The notes beneath the pieces were generated by a model. The model was not told the DNA's origin, ran no database searches, and was given only the letters and a program-made list of their open reading frames with translations. A DNA stretch of 63,868 nt, filler included, from Reclinomonas americana ATCC 50394 (taxonomy: Eukaryota): the NCBI GenBank assembly GCA_048213135.1. It is 8 parts of 3 records of this genome, joined end to end, with 100 filler letters (N's around TTAATTAATTAA, not from the genome) between each part and the next. Parts side by side here need not be neighbours in the genome. Positions count along the whole stretch, not along the records: positions 14,627 to 42,017 come from PS015050.1; positions 42,118 to 47,534 come from PS015050.1; positions 47,635 to 53,698 come from PS015050.1; 5 more parts are not named here. The stretch is one strand, 5' to 3'. How positions within the stretch are numbered: position 1 is the first letter of the stretch; every line of letters begins with the position of its first letter. The position numbers were made by a program, and so were the translations under genes. Below, one piece after another: positions 35,887 to 47,800 of the stretch.

Positions 35887-38800
35887 GAGAGAGAAGAAGA
35901 AGAGAGANNNNNNNNNNNNNNNNNNNNNNNNNNNNNNNNNNNNNNNNNNNNNNNNNNNNNNNNNNNNNNNNNNNNNNNNNNNNNNNNNNNNNNNNNNNNN
36001 NNNNNNNNNNNNNNNNNNNNNNNNNNNNNNNNNNNNNNNNNNNNNNNNNNNNNNNNNNNNNNNNNNNNNNNNNNNNNNNNNNNNNNNNNNNNNNNNNNNN
36101 NNNNNNNNNNNNNNNNNNNNNNNNNNNNNNNNNNNNNNNNNNNNNNNNNNNNNNNNNNNNNNNNNNNNNNNNNNNNNNNNNNNNNNNNNNNNNNNNNNNN
36201 NNNNNNNNNNNNNNNNNNNNNNNNNNNNNNNNNNNNNNNNNNNNNNNNNNNNNNNNNNNNNNNNNNNNNNNNNNNNNNNNNNNNNNNNNNNNNNNNNNNN
36301 NNNNNNNNNNNNNNNNNNNNNNNNNNNNNNNNNNNNNNNNNNNNNNNNNNNNNNNNNNNNNNNNNNNNNNNNNNNNNNNNNNNNNNNNNNNNNNNNNNNN
36401 NNNNNNNNNNNNNNNNNNNNNNNNNNNNNNNNNNNNNNNNNNNNNNNNNNNNNNNNNNNNNNNNNNNNNNNNNNNNNNNNNNNNNNNNNNNNNNNNNNNN
36501 NNNNNNNNNNNNNNNNNNNNNNNNNNNNNNNNNNNNNNNNNNNNNNNNNNNNNNNNNNNNNNNNNNNNNNNNNNNNNNNNNNNNNNNNNNNNNNNNNNNN
36601 NNNNNNNNNNNNNNNNNNNNNNNNNNNNNNNNNNNNNNNNNNNNNNNNNNNNNNNNNNNNNNNNNNNNNNNNNNNNNNNNNNNNNNNNNNNNNNNNNNNN
36701 NNNNNNNNNNNNNNNNNNNNNNNNNNNNNNNNNNNNNNNNNNNNNNNNNNNNNNNNNNNNNNNNNNNNNNNNNNNNNNNNNNNNNNNNNNNNNNNNNNNN
36801 NNNNNNNNNNNNNNNNNNNNNNNNNNNNNNNNNNNNNNNNNNNNNNNNNNNNNNNNNNNNNNNNNNNNNNNNNNNNNNNNNNNNNNNNNNNNNNNNNNAC
36901 GGTGCTCCGTGGCCTCGCTGTTCAGCCGATCCAAATCCTCCTGCTGCTTGCCCGCCTTGGTGGCGGTGCGGTCGCGCTCGCGGGTGACCTTGGTGAGGTC
37001 GGCCTCCAGCGTGCGCGCACGCTCTCGCAGCTTGACAAGCTCCTGCTCCATCGAGTCGGCACGAGCACGCAGCTCCTCCGCCTCCTTCTCCACCGTGGCG
37101 CGGCGACGCTTGGCGACGCCCAGCTCGCGCTGCATGTTGGCAATGCGCGTGCGCGCATCCTCCAACTCGGCCTCGGCGTCCACCAGGCGCTGACGCACCG
37201 AGGTGTACTCGTGCTCCAGCATGCCGTGCCGTGAACTCGCCGTGCTCAACTCGCGCTTGGTGAGACCGAGACGACCGCGCAGCTTGCTCTGCTCCACCTC
37301 CTGCGAGGCCTTGGTCTCGCGCAGCCGGTCGGCCTCGGCCTGCGCCGATTCGTACATGGTGCGCAACTCAATGAGGGTGGCGCGGTCCTCTTGCATGGCG
37401 CGCATCAAGTCGCTCTCGTTGGCGCGCGACTGTGCCAGTTGCGCCTCGAGAGTGGCCAGACGCTGCGCCGAGTCGTCGAGGGTGGTGCGCGTCTCCTGCA
37501 AAAAACGAAGAAAGGTGGTGTGAGGCGCAAAGGAACATCACTGTATGATACACAGAGTTGTCACCGCACCTCGGTGTGAATAATCAGCGTCTGCTTCGCC
37601 GCTCCCTCGTGCATCAACTCGGTCTCCAACTGCCTGTTGGTGGCCGATTCCTGCTGGAACGCCAGCTCCAGCTGTCGATTCTGCGCCAGCACGTCCTCCA
37701 AGCGCTTCACCAGACCGTCGGCACGCTCACGATCGGCCTCGGCAACCAATTGCAATCGACCTACACCAGCACAGGTTAATCATCCAAAGTAAACCTCCTA
37801 TTCCACAAAACACACACGGACCTCGCTCCTCACGTGCGCCGACCAACTCCGTCTCCAACGCCACCACCTGCTGTCGTGCCTTCTCCACATCACTGGTCAA
37901 CTCGGCAATGCGGCTGCGCTCCTCCGTCAGCTGATTGCGCATGCGCGACACGGACGCATCGGCCGTAATCTTGGCGTCCGTCAGCGACTCCACCTGCTCC
38001 TTCAGCTCCTCCACCTGCATACGCAGAGCCTCGCGCTGGCGCTTGTCGGCCTCCAACTGCTCGCTCTGCTGGCGCACCTGCGCACCGGCCTCGCCGAGCG
38101 TCGACGCGTGCTTGATCACCAACTCACGCTTGTCGACCAGCTCCAAGTGCTGCTGATTCAGCTCATCGGTCATTCGCGCCACATCGGCCTCCAGTCGCTG
38201 AATGCGCTCGGCATCGGCGCGTTGCTGGTGCTCGGCATCGGCACGCGCCTGTTCCACCTCAGCCTTTAGCCGTGCACACTGGTCATTCAGAAGGACGACC
38301 TCCGGAGCCGACTGCGTTGCTTGCGAGCGAATCAGCGTAATCTCAGCCGCCAGTGCGTCTCTCTCCGCCGCCAACTTGCGAATGCGACCGTCGCTCTCCG
38401 CCGCCTGATCCTCGCGCTTCACAAACTCGTGCTGCCAGCAAGTCACAGGTGAGTCTGTGCTACCTCCCACCACCCTCTCTCTCTTTCCATCTCCCNNNNN
38501 NNNNNNNNNNNNNNNNNNNNNNNNNNNNNNNNNNNNNNNNNNNNNNNNNNNNNNNNNNNNNNNNNNNNNNNNNNNNNNNNNNNNNNNNNNNNNNNNNNNN
38601 NNNNNNNNNNNNNNNNNNNNNNNNNNNNNNNNNNNNNNNNNNNNNNNNNNNNNNNNNNNNNNNNNNNNNNNNNNNNNNNNNNNNNNNNNNNNNNNNNNNN
38701 NNNNNNNNNNNNNNNNNNNNNNNNNNNNNNNNNNNNNNNNNNNNNNNNNNNNNNNNNNNNNNNNNNNNNNNNNNNNNNNNNNNNNNNNNNNNNNNNNNNN

Positions 38801-41800
38801 NNNNNNNNNNNNNNNNNNNNNNNNNNNNNNNNNNNNNNNNNNNNNNNNNNNNNNNNNNNNNNNNNNNNNNNNNNNNNNNNNNNNNNNNNNNNNNNNNNNN
38901 NNNNNNNNNNNNNNNNNNNNNNNNNNNNNNNNNNNNNNNNNNNNNNNNNNNNNNNNNNNNNNNNNNNNNNNNNNNNNNNNNNNNNNNNNNNNNCCGCTCA
39001 CCTGCAACTCGCCGTCCAGCTTGCGCAGCTCGGCGTGCTGCTTCACCAACTCCTGCTCCAGACCAGCCATGCGCTGGCGTGCACTGTCGAGTGCCGCCTG
39101 CGCACTGTCGCGCTGCCGCTTGGCCTCTCGCAAATCCTGCTCCAACACAATCGTGTTGGTCTTGCGATCGTCGGGGCCACTCGACAACGCCGACAGTTCG
39201 CCCTCCAGCTCCTTGTTGCGCCGCCGCACCGCCTCGTTCTCGTGGCGAATCTCGCCCAGCGCGCTCTCGTGAGCCGCCAGCGCCTCCCGCAGCTCATTCA
39301 CTTCGCTCTCCGCCGCCGCATGCTGCGACTGCTCCTGCAACAGTGCCGCGTGCAACTCCTCCGCCTGCGTCCGCGCCTCGTGGACCGCCGATCGGTGCTC
39401 CTCCTGTGTCGTCTCCATGGCCGCGATGCGCTCGCGAGCGCGACGCAGTGCAGCCTCGGACTGCTCGAGCTGCGCACGGACTTGCTCCACATCGGCCTTG
39501 CCGGCCTGCAACGAGGCCTCCTGCCGCTCAATCAGCACCGCCTCCAGCTCGGCAATNNNNNNNNNNNNNNNNNNNNTCGCGACTGGTGAGCGTCGTACTC
39601 GGTCTCCAGCGCCTCAATGCGGCGACGAGCCACCGCCAAGTCGTCCTCCAAACCGGCCACATGCATCGACTGGTGCTCGCTCTGCTCCGTCAACTCGTGC
39701 TCACGCTGCGTCATGTCTAGCAGCTCCTGCTGCACCGTCAACAGCGTGGCCTGCACCGACTCGCGCGCCGCACCCGACTCGAACAGCTGCTGCTGTAGTT
39801 CGCCAATGCGCGACTCGTAGGCCTGCGCCAGCAGTGCCACCGAGGCCTTGTCGCTGCTGTCGGTGGCGGCGGTGGCCTGCTCCAGATGCGAGCGCGTCTC
39901 GTGCAACTCGTCAGCCAGTCGCGCCGCCTCCGCCCGCGACGCATCGGCGTCGGCCTGCAGCGCGTTCACCTGTTGTCGCAAATTCGACAACTCGTGCAGC
40001 TGCGAATCAATCGTCGAGTCGCGGGCGCGCAGTGACTCGGCGTTCTCGCGTGCGGCATTCTGCGCCTGTTCCCGCTGATCGCGCAACTCGGATTGCAGCT
40101 GTTGATTTGGGGGGAAGGAGGGATGTAACAAGAGAGCATGAGATAATTGCAGCCAAAGGAACTCAAGCATCGCCCTCTGTCATACCTTGTTCTTCTGATC
40201 GCGCAGCTGCTCCACCGTCTCCATCATCGACTGCAGGTCGCCACGAAGCACAGTGAGCTCGGCCGCTTGCGAGTTGAGCAGCGAGTCCTTTTGGCGCATC
40301 ACCGAGTCGCGATCGTACGCATCGGTGACGGCGCGGCTTGAATTCTCACGCTCGCGACTCAATTGCGCCTCGTAGTCGGTCACCAGAGCCGCCATCTCGC
40401 CCTTCAGCGACTTGATGTTGGCAGTCAGATCCGACACTTGCACGCGCAAAGTGTTGTTGTCCTCGTTGTAGCGATCCGACTCCAAACGCAGCACGCGCAG
40501 CTCCTGCTGCACCGCATTCAGTTCACCGGCGGCCGGTGCGTGACGACCCGTCAGCGTCTCCAGCTGCTTCTCCAAGTCGTTGATGCGCTCCTGCAGTGCC
40601 GCCGAGTCGGCACCGGACTCTTGGAGGACGCGATTCTCCTCGCGGATCTCCTCCAGTTGCGACTCCAGACGCGCTCTTTCCTGCTCGAGTGCCTGCGTGA
40701 TGTGTGAGTACATCAGCTAATGAAAAGAAGAGACACACAACTCTAGCTCTCCTCGTCTCTCCTCTTACGCACAAATTCTCTCTCTATTCATCCCTCTCTC
40801 TGTCTGCCTCTCTCTTTCTCCCTCTCTCTCTCACACACGCTCTCTCTTTTCATCCCACTCTCCCTCCCTCTGTATGTGTGCGTGTGTCGCACCTCCACTT
40901 GCTGCTCCAACTCATAGATGCGCTGCTCGAGGAAGGCGGTGCGCGAGTTGGTATCCGACCGGCTGTCGATCCAGTAGTTGGGCACGGGGCAGTTGCGAAT
41001 GCGCTGCGCCCGTGAGGCATACACCAGATTGTTGTGCGTCTCCGAGGCCTGCTCCGGGTCGGCGCCCACACACGTCACCATCAGCGTGCGGCAATTGCCA
41101 CCGAACGAGTGGTGCAGGAGGGAGGTGAGTTTTGAGTCGCGGTACGGGATCTGTGCCGGCTGCACGTTGCCGCCCTGCGCCAGTGCCAGAATGACGCGGG
41201 AGAGCACGAGAAGGTCCTTGTTGTTGCGGCTGTGAGAGGAGCCTGTGGAAGGGGGGAAGGGGGAAGGGGAGAAGGGGGAGGGAGAAGGTGAGGGAGAAGA
41301 GAAGGAGGAAGTGGAAAAGGAGAAGAGAAGGGGGAAGAGCAAGGGGGGAAGAGCAAGGGGGGAAGAGCAAGGGGAGAGGAGACGAAGGGGGGAGAGACGA
41401 ACGGTNNNNNNNNNNNNNNNNNNNNAGAGAGAGGAGAGAGAGGAGAGCAAGGGGAAGAGCAAGGGAGAGGAGCAAGGGGGAGAGCAACGGTGGAAGAGCG
41501 AAGAGAGGACGAGCAAGGGCGAGAGCAAAGGGGGACGAGCAAGGAGGAACAGCAAGGAGGAACAGCAAGGGGGAGGAGCAAGGGGAAAGAGCAAGGGGGG
41601 AACAGCAAGGGGGAAGAGCGAAGTGAAGACGAGCAGGGGCGAGAGCAAAGGGGGAAGAGCAAAGGGGGAAGAGCAAAGGGGGAAGAGCAACGGGGGAAGA
41701 GCAAAGGGGGAAGAGCAAAGGGGGAAGAGCAAAGGGGGAAAAGCAAAGGGGGAAGAGCAAAGGGGGAAGAGCAAAGGGGGAAGAGCAAAGGGGGAAAAGC

Positions 41801-44415
41801 AAAGCGGGAAGAGCAAAGGGGGAAGAGCAAACGGGAAGAGCATGGGAGAAGAGCGAAGGGGGAAGAGCAGAGTACAAGCATAACACTTGAGACCGCATTT
41901 CACCATCCTCGCTTTCGTGGTCTCTTCCCCCCAGTGCTCTTCCCTTCTCCCCATCCCCTAGCTCTTCCTTCCCCCATGGAGAGGTAGATCGAGAGAAAGT
42001 CACTTCGACGAGTAGAANNNNNNNNNNNNNNNNNNNNNNNNNNNNNNNNNNNNNNNNNNNNTTAATTAATTAANNNNNNNNNNNNNNNNNNNNNNNNNNN
42101 NNNNNNNNNNNNNNNNNCGTTTCGAAACATCCAACATGATTCTCTTTCCTCTCCACCCTTCCCCTATTCTCCCCCGTTATTCACCTGCCAGATCCACAAA
42201 ATGGAACTTGGAGTACGTCGCCCGTCGATCACCCATCGAGCGCACACGCAACGACACCGTGGCCACGAAATGCGACTGCGCCAGCACCGCCTGCTCAATC
42301 TCGGGCGTGGGCAACCCACGTGCCGCACGCTTCGCATGATCGTGCCTGCAGCGTGCAAACGAGCCAAACAGCAAATCCACCGCCGAAACCGCGTCATGCA
42401 CCTGCCGTTCGGTGATTCCCTCGGCGAAGAACCCGACCGACAGCGATCCACGAATGCGCAACGCCTGCTGCCTCGCCACCGGCTTGCTCGACGCACGACT
42501 TGCAAACTGCGGCGACGACACAGGCGAGGTGGCCGACAGCGGCGACGTGGCCGACTCATTCCCACTCGTCGACGACGACGTTGGCGACGTGCCAGCAGCT
42601 CCCTTTGCACGCACAGGCGATTGCGCTGCAGCTCCCAACGATCCCAGCAACACATCCTCCATGCTCTCCGGATGNNNNNNNNNNNNNNNNNNNNNNNNNN
42701 NNNNNNNNNNNNNNNNNNNNNNNNNNNNNNNNNNNNNNNNNNNNNNNNNNNNNNNNNNNNNNNNNNNNNNNNNNNNNNNNNNNNNNNNNNNNNNNNNNNN
42801 NNNNNNNNNNNNNNNNNNNNNNNNNNNNNNNNNNNNNNNNNNNNNNNNNNNNNNNNNNNNNNNNNNNNNNNNNNNNNNNNNNNNNNNNNNNNNNNNNNNN
42901 NNNNNNNNNNNNNNNNNNNNNNNNNNNNNNNNNNNNNNNNNNNNNNNNNNNNNNNNNNNNNNNNNNNNNNNNNNNNNNNNNNNNNNNNNNNNNNNNNNNN
43001 NNNNNNNNNNNNNNNNNNNNNNNNNNNNNNNNNNNNNNNNNNNNNNNNNNNNNNNNNNNNNNNNNNNNNNNNNNNNNNNNNNNNNNNNNNNNNNNNNNNN
43101 NNNNNNNNNNNNNNNNNNNNNNNNNNNNNNNNNNNNNNNNNNNNNNNNNNNNNNNNNNNNNNNNNNNNNNNNNNNNNNNNNNNNNNNNNNNNNNNNNNNN
43201 NNNNNNNNNNNNNNNNNNNNNNNNNNNNNNNNNNNNNNNNNNNNNNNNNNNNNNNNNNNNNNNNNNNNNNNNNNNNNNNNNNNNNNNNNNNNNNNNNNNN
43301 NNNNNNNNNNNNNNNNNNNNNNNNNNNNNNNNNNNNNNNNNNNNNNNNNNNNNNNNNNNNNNNNNNNNNNNNNNNNNNNNNNNNNNNNNNNNNNNNNNNN
43401 NNNNNNNNNNNNNNNNNNNNNNNNNNNNNNNNNNNNNNNNNNNNNNNNNNNNNNNNNNNNNNNNNNNNNNNNNNNNNNNNNNNNNNNNNNNNNNNNNNNN
43501 NNNNNNNNNNNNNNNNNNNNNNNNNNNNNNNNNNNNNNNNNNNNNNNNNNNNNNNNNNNNNNNNNNNNNNNNNNNNNNNNNNNCAAGAAGAGCCCACTGA
43601 CGCAGATCTCGAACAGCTGCGGCGGAATGTCCTTCACGTGGGAAACAACGAGTGAGCGACCAGGGAGGGAATCAGCACTTGCCACGCGCGCGAACTGCGA
43701 CTACCTCCACGATATCAAAGAGGCGCTGCAAGACGCGCGGGAACATGCCCGCATCCGGACCCTCCGGCGCACCAAACAGCGTGTACTAATGCCACACAGA
43801 CACACGTCATGACATGACACGACACGCAGAGACAAGTCGTCACATTGTGCGCAACTGTCTTGCCCGTGCGCTCATGTCCATACGAGAACAACGTGCAGTT
43901 CTTGCCCGCGGCAAAGTCCACCACCATCGGCTCCACACATCGATGGAAGAAGGCGCTCTGTGCGTGTGCGTGCACGCGTGCGTGTCATTTTCGTTCATGT
44001 CCACCATAGACGCACTCTCTTTCTGTCTCTTTCTCTCTCTCTTACAAACCTGTGAGGCATTCTCGCCAAAGACATAGGCAAAGCGGAAGCTCTCGTCATT
44101 CGGCACCGAGACGTGCACCTGAAAGCGGGAAAGACGGTTAAATTTTCAGTTGCACACTTTGGTCGGCACTCTCGTTATGTCACTCTCTTTCTCATTCACC
44201 TCTGAGGGCGATAACACATGCACGTGCGAGTTCACAGGCGACGAGGCAGGTGCCACGCGAACAGCAACATCAAATTCGTTGGTGGCCACTGATTGAGTCG
44301 GAGAACCTCCTGAGGATGCAGGCGAGGAGTGCGATGTTGTCACTGGCAGGGCCAGAGGAGGCACAGTGGCGGCCGCTGACGCAGAGTCAGTGTCGCCAGT
44401 GCTGCCTGCGCTCAT
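32729..44415 (-). CDS. Kinesin-like protein A: divergent N-terminal motor, very long coiled coil and Ser/Pro/Arg-rich tail
   Basis: FDVAVRVAP, FRFAYVFGENASQ, NCTLFSYGHERTGKT|YTLFG, SKFHFVDLAG and IPYRDSKLTSLLHHSFGGNCRTLMVTCV...ETHNNLVYASRAQRIRNCP. Coiled-coil exons at 34023-40690. Stop at 32731-32729. Confidence 0.88.
41330..41870. repeat. Intronic minisatellite, 14-15 nt unit (gggggaagagcaaa)n
   Basis: Tandem units visible inside a kinesin A intron. Confidence 0.9.
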
Positions 44416-44830
44416 TGTGAGGTGATTGTGGGGTGGGGACAATGGACAGTTCGGCGGCGGGGAGCGAGTGCTATTGTCCGACGCCGAAAGAAAGCAAGCA
44501 CTTGAGTCGAAAAGAAAAAAGTGCAGTCAGCACCAAAAAAAATATAGAATGCTCGGGCATTGCAGTGCGCTTCAGATCAGAGGCCGACGAAGCTGACTTC
44601 GACGCCGACGTCGACGTTGGCACTCCAGAAAATTAGCAATCTCCGCTGCGCATGCCACTGCTAGCTCGCCATTGCACGCATGTTCTCCCCTGCCCCCCTG
44701 CTCGCCTTGTATCACCCGCTCTCCTCCAGTCTCGTGTCCTCTCGACGTCCATGTCCGAAATCTCCAATAGGCAAAAGTTATCGTCAAGCGGTCGCGCGAG
44801 ACCTCTCATCTCCACACAACAAACACCGCG
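44416..44830. promoter_or_regulatory. Putative bidirectional promoter between the two kinesin genes
   Basis: 415 bp of gap-free sequence between divergent ATGs at 44415 (-) and 44831 (+). Function is inferred from geometry only. Confidence 0.6.
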
Positions 44831-47800
44831 ATGGCCGACGACAGTCGTGCCTTTTCCGTAATCGCGCGAGTTGCGTCACGAAAAAAACACACACATACAT
44901 TGTTCGATCTCAACGGTGCTCTCACTCACGCGCACACTCTCTCTCACACACACACGCAGGTTCTCCCATGGCCTCCACACACAGCAAGCGCCACAGAGCC
45001 AACGTTACTCACACACTCACACCGCTCACGGATCACACTCACACACAATCGCTCACACGCTTTTCTCTTCACAGAATCTCTGTCATCTCTGACTCATCGC
45101 TGATCTTGCAAGCACCGCCTGCGCCACCCGACTCGCCCTCATCGTCTACAGTAGCACCACCACCCGCACCCTCATCGACCACGTACAGATTCGATCACGT
45201 GTTTACAGCTTCGTCATCATTGTCATCGTCGATTGGTCCACTGGCAAGAGCGTTTGTCGATCGCGGCGAGCACGCTTCACTGCTGCTGACAGGCTCCAGA
45301 AAGAGCGGGAAAACACGGGCGGCGTTTGGAGTCGATCCGTGGACGTCGCAAGGCGATCGGGAGAGCGATCGCGAGGAGAGCGCTGTGCTCAGTGTCCTCT
45401 CGCATGTGTGTCAGCGATTGGAGGTGCGGTTACTGCTCTGCCTCCTGTGTGTATGTACGTGCTCTTATGTAGGTCTGTAGGCGGTGCATGGAGCTGATGT
45501 TGATTCGTACTCGTTGCGGTGGTCGCTCATGTGGCTCAATCCCGGTGCGCGCTCAAAATGCTTCATTCAGTCGCTCTTGGCGTGTGTGCGAGCTGATCGC
45601 TCCTTGCAGATTCGTCGGTGGAGGATCTGCTGGCGATGCCGCTCGGTGGACTGCCGAGTGGACCGGCCCCGGCGCAGTCGTCGTCTGCGAGTCATTCGCG
45701 ATCGGCGAGTGGAAGTCGACCGCAGCAGTTGCGTCTCGTGTCGTCGATCATCGCCTTCTCTCTATCCCTTCTCACACACACGGATGTCGTGCAGTGTGCG
45801 CGGCTCGAGTTCCAACTCGGGATCGTTCTCGTCGCAGACGTCGTCGACGGCATTGGCTGGAGCGCCAATGCCGTCGACTCTGGCGGTGATGAGTGGGGCG
45901 TCGCTGGGCAGTCTGGTCGATGCGCTGCCGGTGCCGCGCATTCGTGGGGACACCGAGGGCGGTTTTTATGTGGAGAATCTGTCGAGTCGACTTGTGCGTG
46001 ACGCGCGCTCGACGGCCATTTGTGCGGCGCGTCGGCTGTACGCCTCGTTGTTGGCCGATATGCGGCGGCAATCGTCGCAGTTGCGCTCGCACGTGTTTTT
46101 CACGCTGCAGCTGCGCCAGCGCGCAGTTCGCGGTCGACCTGCCACCGATTCCACGTTCCATGTGGTGGATCTGGCGGGTCACGGGGAGGGGCAGGGGCAG
46201 GATCGCAAGGACTTGCTGGTGTTGAAGAGAGTAATCATGGCGTTGAATCGAGGTAAGGACAAGTGGGGGGAAAGGGGGTGGCGTGAGGGATTGAGCGGTG
46301 CTGACGACGATACAGGCGATCCGTCTGTGCCGTACCGCGATTCAAAACTCACCTCCCTTCTTTACAATGCTATTGGTGGTCACTGTCGCACAGTTGCGTG
46401 AAGGAGGGGAAGGAGGAGAATGACGCGGCGGAGGGGGAAATACTGCTTTGTAGTGAGCAATATTGCGAGTGATTTTGGTCATGCGAGGGGTGTTTTTCCT
46501 TTCATGTTTCACTGCACGATTCCTCACTTGTCCCCTTGCTGTTGCCCGGGTCTCTTGCAACCCATGTCTCTCTCGCTTTTGCTCAAAGGGTTGTTCATGT
46601 GTCTTCTCGGCTATCCCCCTCGCGATTCTCGTCATTGGTCTCTGTCCATTCTCCATTATCCTTGTTGTCTTTCTTTCGCTGTTGCTGTTGCTGTAACCCA
46701 ATCTCTTCCTCCTTCGCTCTCTCTTTCTCTCTCTCTCCCTCTAAATTTTACACTTTCCCTTTGTGTTCTCCCTGAAAGGGTTGTTCTTGTGTCTAAGTCT
46801 CTTACTCTGATACTCTCTTACCTCTGCCGCTGATCTGTTCCTCTTTGAGTCATACTCCATTTCTTTTTTGTCTTACTTTCCCTCGCAGCTGCAATAAGCC
46901 ACTCTCGTCGGGCTTCGTGCGTTTATGCCATCGTATCTCTCCCTTCCTCCTCTGACTCGCTCTTCGTGCATCAGCTTCTCGGCTATCCTCACCCACTCTT
47001 CCGGATTCACTCCCTTCACTCTCATTCTCCTCCGGTCTATCCGCTCGCCCTTTCATGTCCTCCTCCCCCTCGCTTCCTTCCCTTCCTTCTTCTTCTTCTT
47101 CTTCTTCTTCTTCTTGTTCTTGTTCTTTTTCTTTTTCCCCTCCTCCTCTCCTCTCCTCCCCTCCTCACCACCTCTTCTTCCTCCTCCTTCCCCTTTTCCC
47201 CCTCTCCTTGCCCTTCCACCTCCCTCTCATTCACCCTTCCCCTTCTACGCAGGTGCTGATGTTGTGCCTGTCGCCGGACCCCAATCTTTACCGTGAAACA
47301 CAACTGGCACTCGGGCAGGCCGTGTCAGCAGCCGAGATCCGCAACACGCCAACGCCCATGCTGTGGGACGACACGGTGGTGGACGTATTCGCAGTCGCAC
47401 GTCTGGAACGGCAGTGTGGCGAGCTGGAGGCGCTGAACGAGGATCTCATGAGTCAACGCGACGTTCTGGAACTGCAGCTGGCAGCGCAGCTGAGACCAGA
47501 CCGACGCGCCTCCACCGCCGACATTACCGATCCGNNNNNNNNNNNNNNNNNNNNNNNNNNNNNNNNNNNNNNNNNNNNTTAATTAATTAANNNNNNNNNN
47601 NNNNNNNNNNNNNNNNNNNNNNNNNNNNNNNNNNACGCCGCTGATTGAGATGCGCCGGAAAATGTCGGCAGTGGAAGGTGCGCTCCAATTGTGTGCCTTC
47701 TTTATCGACAACAGCACTCACCTCTCTCTCTCTCTCTCTCTGATTCAGGTGAGGTACAAGTGGCGGCCGAGTTGGCACGCAAGCAGGGCGAAAAGGAGAT

